From: Eutreptiella sp. 'Long Island Sound 2002'
Taxonomy: Eukaryota; Protista; Euglenida
Reading direction: 5' to 3'
DNA: 64,000 bases
Assembly: GCA_964036045.1 (NCBI GenBank)
Contig: OZ038379.1
Coordinates: 58,342,001 to 58,406,000 of the forward strand
The notes beneath the pieces are model-generated. The model made no database searches and was not told the DNA's origin. It worked only from the letters and a program-made list of their open reading frames with translations. Below are positions 36,300 through 47,226 of this stretch, one piece after another. How positions within the stretch are numbered: position 1 is the stretch's first letter; each line of letters opens with the position of its first letter. The translations under genes and the position numbers were made by a program.

Positions 36300-37225
36300 T
36301 GCTATTAATGAGACCTCTGGGCGAAATTTCTTCCAGCTTTACAAAAAAGTAAAGACGAACCGTGTATTCCAAGAAATACCTGAACGTGGGCGAAATTTCT
36401 TCCACCTTTAGTAAAACACAAAGAACCAGTGCGCAAAACGTCAATGGTATCTGTAGAGACAGCGCAGAACGCCATTCTGACGTGTAACAGGGAAAACATA
36501 CAACACAGCAGTCAGAGCACACACCGCTGTCACTCTATCGCCGCTTCCTCAGGCCAGGTGCCTTTGGTTTGGCACCCTTACCAGTAAACTGCCCACCATT
36601 TGCTTGTGCTGCCTGGTCACCAGGCATCTCACTATTAGCACTACCAGTGGCACCACGTCCATTCTGTGTCTGCTAGGACGGTGTGAAGTGGGCTGCAAAC
36701 GTGCCCAGCGCCTTGTTGGGTCGAGGCTTTGCTCCAGGCTTGGGGCTCTGCTGTGAGGGGCTTGCTCCAGCCTTTGATTTTTTGGCCTTGGCGGGGGTGC
36801 CGTCCCCTTGCTTGCCGGTTGACTTTGGGGGGGGGGGGGGTTTCTGGGATTCACCGTGCTCTTCCTCCGGTTGGGTGGCCTCCTCTTCTTGCTCTACATA
36901 CCTCCTTCCCATACAATCTACTGGAAACCCATCTGCAAGGTCTTCACACACTCGGTCCCACTAGATTGGTGCTGGATTGGATTGTGTCGCAGTTCGACGC
37001 AACAGCCCTCAAATTAGTAACAAATGACTCAGGAATAGACTTCTCCTCAGACAAATATGCAACTGCAATGTTCATAGGGAACATGCTTTGAATGCACAGG
37101 GCTGCAGAAAAATTTGGCTGCGGCGGAGCTCGTGGAAATTTCGCCCAGGGTCATCAAAACATCAAAATATGTATACCTTTTTTGCTATCCGGGGGGGCTG
37201 GGGGAAATTTCGCCCAGGTATGGGA
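36300..37225. mobile_element. About 0.9-kb element with inverted subterminal TGGGCGAAATTTC repeats
   Basis: The motif is at 36318 and 36387, and its reverse complement at 37135 and 37204. An internal degenerate minus-strand ORF lies at 36673-36951. Confidence 0.55.
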
Positions 37226-37389
37226 AAAATTGGCAAATAGAGATAGTGAATTTGAGTTTCAAAGTGTGTATGCATAGGACACGCAAGAAATGTAGAACTA
37301 TTCTTCACCACCTATTACAGTACAGGCCACACATGGAAAACATAGGCACAAAAACAAGACACAGAAAAGGCAACAAAGTGCACATGTTT

Positions 37390-38870
37390 GGGTCATAAGG
37401 GGCGGGTGGTTAGCGTGGCCTAAGCAAAAAGTGGGGGGTTGCGGGGGGGTTAGGTGCCCCCGAAATTCGGATTTCTGCCACATAGCCCAAGATACGGCCT
37501 GTTCATGGTTTCTGGGGCTGTTTAACACAAACTGCGCACATTCTGGGCCATTTTTGGCCATTTTTGGGCCGTTTACTAGACATATTGTGGAATTAGAGGG
37601 AAACAAGAGCTCTTTGTCACGGGGCAAATAAGGCGCACATGCAATGTACTAACGGTTTCCCTTCATTTGGCCCTTTTGAATGGGGGTCGGGGCCGTTTTG
37701 AGCCAAAAAAGGCTGTTTTGGGGCACAAAATGCGCAGTTTTGGGGGGGCACTTCCCGGCTTGCCGCCCCCGCCCCGGGGCGCCATTAGTGCGTTTTTGGG
37801 TCAAAATTTGGATTTGGCAAGGCCACCACTTGGGTTCTACGATGGCTTGAGTAGAGTAGAGCCAGAAGCGTTGGAACGGAGTAATGGTCCAAACAGAAAG
37901 GAGAATTGCTGCTTGCTTGCTTGTTGCTTGCTTGTTGCTTGCTTGCTTGTTGCTCGCTAGATTTAAGGGGAGGGGGGTGTAGTAAGACATATATACATAT
38001 ACACATGGCATAATCGGACCACGCCCCCCCCCCACACCATAACTTGGGGAGGATTGGTGGGCAAGCAAGGATCACCCCCCTTATTTTAAGGGTGGGGAAC
38101 ACAAATAAACACCTTTGAGAGGGTTTTTGGATCCTTGGGGTGGAGCATTTGGGCGTCCCAATAGGTCCAGGATCAGTTTTGGAAACATTCGCTTTTGACC
38201 CATTTTTGAAGCATGTTTCCCAAAATGACCCATTTTCAAGACATTTTTTGGAATTCGTATAGGCCAAGACGCGTCACCACGTGCTAAAAGCGGGCAAAAA
38301 ACCTTGTTTCGGCATCCCAAATGGTCCAGGATTAGTAGATTAGTAGATTAGTAGATAGGAACGGCCCATTTTGAAGGCATTTTGGCATTTTCCATGGGCG
38401 AAAACGCAACTACGAGCTGAAAATGGGCTACAAACACTTCTTTGATTGTCCCAATTGGTCCGGGATCACTTTTGAAAAAATGCATTTTGGAGCCATTTTT
38501 GACCCATGTTTGGTCCCAAACAGGGCTATTTTCAAGGCATTATGGGATTTCTCATGGGCCAAAATGCGTCACCAAGGGGTCAAATTAGGCTACAAGCACT
38601 TGTTTGAGCACCACAAATGGTCCAAGATCACTTTTGGAAGAATGTGTTTTTCACCCATTTTCGAACCATTTTTGGTTTCAAATCGACCCATTTCAAGGCA
38701 TTTCTTGCATTTTGTATGGGCCAAAATGCGTCACCACAGGCTTAAAACGGGCTAAAAACACTTGTTTGAGCATCCCAAATGGTCTAGGATCACTTTTGGA
38801 AAAATGCATTTTTGACCCATGCTTCACCCATTTTCGGTCCCAAAGCTGCCAATTTTCAAGCAAATTTGGG
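37390..38870. mobile_element. Inverted copy and fragments of the CTACACCCC family
   Basis: CTAGATTTAAGGGGAGGGGGGTGTAG|TA at about 37957-37984 is preceded by (TTGC)n. Subrepeats continue to about 38870. Confidence 0.7.
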
Positions 38871-38884
38871 ATTAGTGGTTCGGT

Positions 38885-40556
38885 TTATAGGCAACCCCCA
38901 TTTGGCCGGTCTACCCAGGTAGACTGGGATTTTTGATCTTTCCCTATACAGGGAATGGGGATTTGGCCTGTCTACCCGGGTGGACTGGAACTTTTTGAGG
39001 GTCCCTATATAGGGAACTAGGATTTGGCCAGTCTACCCGGGTAGACTAGGAATTTTCGTGGTTCTCTATATAGGGAGCTTGGATGCGGCTAGTCCACGCG
39101 GGTAGAGAGGGATTTTTCGTGGTTCCCGATGCAGGGAACTGGGATTTGGCCACTCTACGCAGATAGACTGGGAATTTTTCGTAGTTCCCTGTATAGGGAA
39201 CTGGGATATGGCCAATCTAGCCGCATAGACTCGATTTTTTGTGGTTTGTTATGTAGGGAACTAGGATTTGGCCTATATGGGGAATTGGGATTTGGCAAGT
39301 CTAGCTCAATAGACGGGGATTTTTCGTGGTTTCCTTTATAGGGAATGGGGATTTGGCCAGTCTACTAGAGTAGGCTGGGATTTTGCGTGGTGCTCTGTCT
39401 AGGGAGGTGGGATTTGGCCACTGTACCTGGGTAGAACGGATTTTTCGTGGTTCCGTATATAGGGAACTGGGATTTGGGGAGTCTACCAAGGTACACAGGG
39501 ATTCTTCCTTGTACCCTTCGTGAACGGGGTATAAGTGGCCGTTTGAATAAATGCGTGAATTTGACGTGAATTTACCAAAATTTTGAGGTTTTCGGGGGAA
39601 AACGCCATATTATTGGATCCTTCTGAAGGATTTGAGGGGGTAAAATTCTTCCCCCAGCTTCATTACGCATCATCCAATGAACGTCCCGCCCCAAAAGCAT
39701 CCACCATGCCCAAACCGCGCCCAAAACGAGAGATGCCAAAACCCGTGAATTTATGCGTGAATTTCGGTGCGTGAATTTCACATTCACGCGAATCTCACCA
39801 AATGTGTTGAACCATGTGGCTACTTCACACCTCTAATTTGCACACATTTGTTGCATCTCACTTTGGGCGAAGATAGCACGACAAAAGCACACGATGGCAC
39901 CAAGTTACAAGCAAAACATAGCAAAAATAGGTGAAATTCACGGTACCGTGAATCTCAGATTCAAACGGCCGGTTCACGAAGGGTACACTGGTTCCCCATA
40001 TAGGGAACTGGGATTTGCCCGCTCTAGCCAGGTAGAGTGGGATGTTTTGTGTTTCCCTATATAGGGAGCCGGGATTTGGCCATTGTACCTGGGTGGAACG
40101 GATTTTTCGTCGTTCCTTATGTAGGGAACTGGGATTTGGCCAATCTACCTGGGTAGACTGGGTTTTTCGTGGTTCGCCGTGTATGGAACTGGGATTTGGC
40201 CAGTGTCCCCGCGTCGACTGGGACTTTGTTGGTCCCCTGTATAGTGAACTGGAATTTGGGGAGTCTACCCAGGTAGACAGGGAGTCTTCCTGGTTCCCCA
40301 TATAGGGAACTGGGATTTGGCCAGTCTAGCCATGTAGACTGGGATGTTTTGTGTTTCCCTATATAGGGAACTAGGATTTGGCCAGTGCACCGAGGTAGAC
40401 TCAAATTTTTCGTGGTTCGCTACATAGGGAACTGGGAGTTGGCCAGTCTACCCGGGTAGACCGGGACGCCTCGTGGTTGCCTATATAAGGAACTGGGAAT
40501 TGGCCAATCTACCCGCGTAGATTGGTAATTTTCGTGGTTCCCTATATAGGAAACTG
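38885..40556 (+). repeat. 61-bp double-palindrome satellite (interrupted by a MITE)
   Basis: The T(C/T)C(C/T)CTATA anchor recurs at about 38941, 39002 and 39063. The consensus holds GTTCCCTATATAGGGAAC and CCAGTCTACCCGGGTAGACTGG. Confidence 0.95.
39510..39987. mobile_element. 478-bp MITE with TGTACCCTTCGTGAAC TIRs
   Basis: Perfect 16-bp terminal inverted repeat. Removing it restores the satellite unit TTCTTCCTGGTTCCCC. Confidence 0.85.
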
Positions 40557-40796
40557 GCATCTGGTGCTTTTCATCAAACAACTTACCACAGACACCAATG
40601 TGGTGGGAAAATTCATGATGTCCATAGTTGCCATGTCGCCTCAATGGCTACATACATCTTGTGTGCTCTTGTATGTACACTGTTTGTGCTTGCATTCACT
40701 TGATGCATTGGCGGTTCACTGCACCTCAAAATGTGTGAAATACTGTGAGTGTTGCGGCGATGGCGTGTCCAAGTTAATAAACATCCTGTCTGAGGG

Positions 40797-41498
40797 TCAG
40801 GTTTGTTCTGGTGTACAAATGACCACGCTGGAGTCCGCCCTACTAAGAAGCGACTCTGGTGTCCAAGGCATAAAATCATCCGGTTGCGGTGGTGGCGTGC
40901 TCTCCCTGACCCGCACAATGTGTAGGTATTGTTCCGGACCCTCTCTCTCTCTCTCTCCGTCTCTTCGCACAGCAAGTAACAGTTTGTTGGCAGTCCATAG
41001 CGGACTCCGTAGCCTACTCTGGCTGGCTAGTGTATCCACGTGTTCATTCTCTGGCCGTTCCGCATGTGTGGGCACATGATACATGTGGCCCAAGAGACGT
41101 GGGATTAAAAGTCTCTTCCACAACTTTGAATGGGCCACTGGCCCGGTCGCCGTGCGCCAATCATTTCGGCGCCATCGCTGTGCCCATCCATTACACCCAT
41201 TGACGACATACTCCGAAACACACGTGACACATGTCTTTCTATACATGGTTACCTCATAGAGGGCCTGCAAAATAGCCAAGAGTTCTGCCTCGCCTATGGT
41301 TTGTGATTCTGACACACGTACAAACTGTGACACGGTACATTCCGGTTGATTAGGAAAGACTACCCCATACCCACCCACCCAGTCCCCTCCCATCTCTGGT
41401 CGGTCCCATGAGCCATCGGTCCATATCATCTCCTTTCCCTCCCCTTGTAACCTTTCCACCAAAGCTCTTGTTTGCTGTGCTTTTTCGCTTCTTCTCAA
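40797..41498 (-). CDS. RNase HI domain of the LINE (233-aa open segment)
   Basis: IWTDGS...GYGVVF...AELLAILQAL...SEYVVNG...W.RWRRNDWRTATGPVAHSKLW...HVPTH...NEHVDTLA. Confidence 0.9.
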   Translation of the reverse strand: MRRSEKAQQTRALVERLQGEGKEMIWTDGSWDRPEMGGDWVGGYGVVFPNQPECTVSQFVRVSESQTIGEAELLAILQALYEVTMYRKTCVTCVSEYVVNGCNGWAQRWRRNDWRTATGPVAHSKLWKRLLIPRLLGHMYHVPTHAERPENEHVDTLASQSRLRSPLWTANKLLLAVRRDGEREREGPEQYLHIVRVRESTPPPQPDDFMPWTPESLLSRADSSVVICTPEQT

Positions 41499-42764
41499 CT
41501 ATCGGCGTCTTGACTTCAACTGTTGGGGGGGGCAAGGAGCTGGGGCGTGACGCCGCCACGAGGGCAAAAATCTAGCTCGAATCTGTCAAGAATTTCTGCA
41601 GCACTGCAATGAACTTACCAAATTCCGACCTTTGAACACTCAAACCCTTCAAAGATGTCCAGGGGCGCAACAACCCGCAGCATGCAGTCACAAATCTCTG
41701 TGCAGTGGGAGGTGTGGTTGGGTGTCTCTGCTGACATTGCACTCTCCAGTTTGCATGTCTGGCTGACCACAACATAATCCCATGAGGCGTTGTCAGTGTT
41801 ACAGTGTGCCGTGTCAAAGACATACGGAATCGTTCATTATGTCACCACAGCAACCCAAGATTGTATCGACGCTCAACCACAAGAACTTACATCCATATAA
41901 AGACAGTATAAAGAGTGTGTCACCGTTTCCACTCCTTGGCAAAGTGGACACATGCGCCGATGTGGCAACAATCCCTCTAGTGTGCCCCCTACCTTCAACT
42001 TCAACCACAAGCTGTCCCTTACAAACTCCCGTGTGGAATGAGGTATTACCAGTGCATCAAAGGCTTAACGTACCTCTCGTGGCTGCCTGGCAGTGGAGCT
42101 TTAAGCTGACACAATCAAAGGGAAAAAGGACTTGGGGGACGCACTCAAGATAAATGATGCCCACCGTTACTTGGACATATTGGGCTGTGCCTGCAGTAGG
42201 CTCTGTGCACATTCCGAACATGCTGAATGGATAGAAGGTGGGAGAAGTCCGAACTTCCAAAGTTCCTTGTCTAGTGCACCTATCGTGGTCAACCCTTCTG
42301 CCACCAGTTTCTTTGAAAGTATGTCTGACCATGCTCATTTCTAAACATGGTGTTATGGAAAAGGGGGAGGTCCCCCACTGTCACGTTCTCATTCGTGGCC
42401 ACAGGCAAGCATGACCTCAGCCGAGAATGTGCTTTGCATGACATACCTATAATTGTTAGAAATGACCATTGCACCACTGCCATCTGTAGTGTGGGCAAAT
42501 GTGTCAAAGGCAACTTCAGGCCTACATATTCACACCAGAGTTCAAACTCCTGCATAAGTCTGACTGTAAAGTGATGAGGTTTGCTCAAGTAATGCAAAAA
42601 AAGGATGCCATGATGGAAAAGGAGGAAATTACGTGGATTGATCAGCGAAACCCCTCCTCCCGCGCCGCCCTGACATGATGCCCATACTCAATCAGTGTCA
42701 AACCCGAGGAGTCCAGGCCCTATGCCATTTTTAAAATGGAGCGTAGTTGTCCAATGACTTCCTT

Positions 42765-43665
42765 CTTGGGGTAGTCAATGCGTACCAGGCAGGCCCTCAA
42801 CAAAAAACCCACTCAAGGAGGTTGAGTTTTTGTTTGACCGGATGTTTTGCCGGATCATTTTCTTTGTTTTTTTCGAACTCAAAAGAACAATATTTAAGAA
42901 AGCTGACATTTGAAATTATTTTTCCTTTTTTGGACACTATGGTGTACCCGAAAAGCAATCTTTTTGTACATTCCACTGACACAGATTGTTTGGCCGGATC
43001 CGGTCAAACTTCGGATGAGACATAAAATTATCAGGATGCGTGCAAGGTGGTCGCCGCATTCGTATGGTACTCCATGATCTAAACCACTGTTTTGTTTCAC
43101 CGGATCCAGTAAAACCCCGTAGTATAACCTTTGATTTTCGTCCGATCTGATCTGGTGGTATGTATGATATTCATGTACATGTAATGCATCTTTGTCCGTC
43201 AAAGCAAGTGTAGACGACCGATGGCGTGCGTCCAGTGTGTGGATAACATACAACACCTGGAATCTGATTGCCAAAGACAATGGTACAAATGGTGTAGTAA
43301 AATTAAACATGCACCTACTAGGCGACCAAGGACATATTGGTAACAAATACGTGCTGAGAATGGGAAAAGTATGAGATTCATTGTCCGTCGAGTGGGAAAA
43401 GTATGAGATTCATTGTCCGTCAAGTATGATTTGGAGAGTCCCTCAATGGAATCCAGCAAATTGTAATATAAGTTTCTTTCACCGGATCCGGTGAAATGTC
43501 AATTGAAGAAATTTTCGAGAACCGAGAACGGGCCAAATTCAGTGGATTCTGCAAATGAGTGGGTTTCTCCTGATCCGGTGAAAGTACGCAAATTTCCGGT
43601 TAAAAGGGGGTCCTGGGTGCAGGTCCCATACCACCAAGGGGTCGGTACACATTGACTACCCCAAG
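42765..43665. mobile_element. 901-bp non-autonomous TIR element with a 5-bp TSD (TCCTT) inserted in LINE ORF2
   Basis: TIR CTTGGGGTAGTCAATG(C/T)GTACC, with TCCTT at 42760-64 and 43666-70. Excision restores the frame ...ARVCCPTKEVIGQLRSILK. Confidence 0.9.
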
Positions 43666-43699
43666 TCCTTTGTGGGACAGCATACCCGAGCTAGCAAAA

Positions 43700-44700
43700 T
43701 CTAGAGTGTCAATATATTCAGGAGATACACCTTCTCACTGAGGGTCAGATCTAGGTCCCTGAGAAATTGTGCCCTGACAAAAAATACCGCTATTGCTTTC
43801 GCGTACACTTCCTGGGGAGTGGCGTCACCAATCATGATACCCAGGTACCCTACTATAATGGATATCGACAATCCCCACCGTTCAATGTCTGCCTAAAATT
43901 CGAGTCCTTTGAGGATGATTGTGGACTTGCCAACATTTATTCTCAGGTTCGTGCACAAATCAAACTCTCGCAAGCAGTGTACTATGGACGCCACTACTTC
44001 AGTGGCCATTTGTGCATCACATGACAGATACAATCAAATCGTCTGCACACATAATGGCTTGCAAACCTACGGTAACTTCTGGAGCGCTGGAATCATGGCC
44101 GAAGCCAATCATGCAAAAATCGCTGGGGAGAAGGGGTCTGTCTGCCATATACATGGTCTTCGGACCCATACCACTGACTGTACCACCGTCCCCTCTATGC
44201 GGAACTGTACCGGTGATTGTGGTAATTGGGACAGCAAATGTAACATGCCTAGTGGCACTCCTGTCAACTCAAACATAACCAACGCATGCTCAAACGTAAT
44301 GGAATCATATGCTTTCTCAAAGTCTACAGACAGCAAAAATGCGGTCCCTGTGGTCTCCCAATAGGTCTTACAATGATGTATGTTATGGTAGATATCACGA
44401 CCTTTTATGAAGCCGGCCTGTTCGGGAGGTACCATCTGGGTGATGATGTCTTCCAGCTGCGGGTACAGAATTGTGGAGATGCAGGTCAACATCACATTGA
44501 CTATGGTACGTGGCGTTATATGAGAAACCGATTTAGATAGTCCAACCTCAGGGACACTAATCTGATCACCCATTGACCAAGACAGTAGCAACCCCCGCCC
44601 CCCCTGGATGCTTGTATGTCCTTTCCGTCACTGGCACGAAAAAATTGTCAACGATGCAATACACTTTGGGAGCAACTCCGTCCAGACCCGGTGAGGGTTA
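43700..44700 (-). pseudogene. Reverse transcriptase domain of the LINE (frameshifted)
   Basis: ORF 44109-44591 carries the N-terminal RT motifs through DPFSPAIF. The CADD motif is at about 44035-44050. Confidence 0.9.
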
Positions 44701-45499
44701 GTCTTCTTGGAGGTCAAGTGCTCTCTGTATCAAGGAAGTGTTTGCTGCCTTGAGAAGTAATGGCGGTGCCTTTCTTATTTTGTCAAAATTGATGTGCGTC
44801 GACAAGTAACCTTGCAATCGTCGCACTCCAGCCTGAGATGGGGCGCTCACCCCGTGCGAAAAAGCCTTCAAACATGACGCAATCGCTTCGGGGGTGACAT
44901 GCGGTGTACCCATTTTGTCTCTGACCGTGGACACTTGTCGCCTAAACGGCAGTTCTGTGCCTATAAACCTCTTGTCTACGTTGCACCCTCTGATGGGGAG
45001 TGGCCTCTTCGAACGGCTGCGACATACAGTGCTAGAGCTTTCCCATGACCACTTATAGGATGCCACTACACGTCCTGGAAGCAGTATCAGAGCAATTGGC
45101 AAGCCTACCATTGGACGTGGAATCTTGGGATCATGCCCACAAGTTGCTATGCCGAAACGCTCCGATGTGCGAGCCGGCGCTCACTATTGATGATGGCCCC
45201 AAGGCCATGCACCGTTTACACCTGTTTTGAGTGGAATATGTTTCCTTTGATGGCCACAGATTGTTACATGACATGGGATATCATGCAAAGAAGGAGAGGA
45301 TAGCATGTTTGAGGGTCATGGTGATTTCAGAGTTTGAGGCAAGGCAGCACAAGCAAGATATCTCCTCGGCCTCGCAGCGGGCATCGGAGGCGCAAATTCA
45401 CACAAAACCATGCAGTGGTCTGCCTGAGTATCCACTTTCTTTGTGAAAATGGCCGTACAATTCAGCTGCAAACTCTGCGTCGCAAAAATATTGTCGATG

Positions 45500-46266
45500 C
45501 GCCGCTCTCGACCTGTGACTTCCGGTGCATGATTGTCTTTCCCTGGGAATCCCTAGGTCCATTCTTCCGGCGCCTGCCACTCCACGTCCTGGGCATCACG
45601 TTGGTGGACATGGTTGTAGACATCACTGAGTGATGTTAGCTGTAGCAGGCGCAAATCCGCATCTCTTGCTGCGAGGGCATTTGACAATTCCTGGCTTGGT
45701 GGAGTGTGTGCCTCAACATGATGCAATAGCAGCGAATTGTGGTGGCAAAGAGTAATGACATCGCCTGTGAAAGAGGCAGATCGCTTCGCCAGCAGTTCCC
45801 ATTGTGAAGACCGCTCTTCCAGCTGATCAGTGAAATGCGCTGCAAGCACAGTCATCTTCTTGTCGGATTTGTCCATTATTTCCGCTACCAAAATTCTCGA
45901 TTGGATTTGTTCGTCGGATTTGTCCATTATTTCGCCTACCAAAATTCTCCATTGGATTTGTTCGGAGTGCATAACGCGCCACTGTCGTGGTACCGGTAGG
46001 CATACCCCTCCGCGGCCCTCTGCCACCATACCACCAACTCAGTGGTAGTCTCTTTTCTCAAGAACCAAGTCTAGGAAACAAATATCATCCAATAACTGAA
46101 AATGTGGTTCCTGCATAGCCACTATTTCAATGTTCATGGACTCCATCAAGGAGCACAGAATATTAGCCCTATTTCTTTCCGTCTTACCAACTTGAACTTT
46201 CGATCGCAGCCCTATGCAATTAAATGTTGCGGGTTTGAGGCCGCGCGCTACCCGCGCAGAATTCAT
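45500..46266 (-). pseudogene. APE endonuclease region of LINE ORF2
   Basis: MNSARVARGLKPATFNCIGLRS...IEIVAMQEPH. The ATG overlaps an upstream TAA (TAATG). Confidence 0.8.
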
Positions 46267-46489
46267 TATTCTGTAGTCTCAGAGTCATTGTCCCCAACCC
46301 TGCGCTGCTTCCATGCGATTGGACTTCATTCTCTTGTGAATGCCGCGTCTCTAGCTACTGGAGGCTTGTCTTGCGATGCCGGCTTGGCTTCCAGAGATCG
46401 TCTAAATATGTAGTCTACTTCACTAATCATGGTCAAGTGGCTTTTGCCCGTGGATGATGTAAACACCTTCCCAACTAGGTCTTGAATAG

Positions 46490-47010
46490 TCTGTGCCTGG
46501 AATTTGGAATTTGGCTAGTCTACCCGGGTAGATAGGGATTTTTCTTGTTTCCCTATATAGGGAACTGGGATTCGGCCGGACTACTTGGGTCGACACGGAG
46601 TTTTCTTGGTTCCTTATATAGAACTGCAACTTAGGCAGTGTGCCCGGGTAGACAGGGATTCTCCGTGGTTCCCTATATAGGGAACTGGGATATGGCCAGT
46701 CTACCTTGGTAGACTGGGATTTTTCGCAGTTCCCTATATGGGGAACTAGGGATGGGCCAGTCTACCCGGGTAGACCGCGAGTTGTTGTGGTTCCCTATAT
46801 AGGGAATTGGGAATTGGCCAATCGACCCGGGTAGACTGGGACTTTTCATGGTTATCCGTATAGGGAACTGCGATTTGGCCAGCCTATCCGGGTAGACCGG
46901 GATTTTTCTTGGTTCCCCATGTAGGGAAATGCAATTTGTCTAGTCTAGCTGGGTAGACAAGAATTCTTCGTGGTTCCCTAAAGAGGAAACTACGATTTGG
47001 CCAGTCTACC
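46490..47010 (+). repeat. 61-bp double-palindrome satellite, right part
   Basis: Same unit and orientation as 38885-40556. Confidence 0.95.
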
Positions 47011-47226
47011 ACTGTACTCCTTTTAGACTAATGTAGACCCCACACAATGAATCCTTGAAGGGTCTACACCCTCCACCCTAGTGGCCTAGATTAAATCCAA
47101 TATTGTTAATTTTTAATATTTCATATATGAGCTCATTCTCATATGAACCTGCCAGATATTAAGAGGTTAACTCGCTTTCCCATCATTTTCCCACATTTGT
47201 GTCGTTCTGTTTCTCTCTATATCGCA

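Larger units (their letters stand above)
40557..46490 (-). mobile_element. Decayed L1/Tx1-like LINE: ORF1 tail, APE, RT, CCHC, RNase HI
   Basis: APE (ATFNCIGL, IEIVAMQEPH, about 46.26-46.1 kb), RT (EQAGFIKGR, VDFEKAYD, CADDL), LPLFHN, CPLCQGVETVTHSLYC (about 41.9 kb) and RNase H are all collinear on the minus strand. There are many stops and frameshifts, and the 61-bp satellite lies on both sides. Confidence 0.88.

Noticed and set aside
47010-47049. CACTGTA and CACAATG as RSS/Transib heptamer-like left TIR
   Set aside because: No matching right end or 5-bp TSD was found. CACAATG lies inside a variant 72-bp satellite unit.
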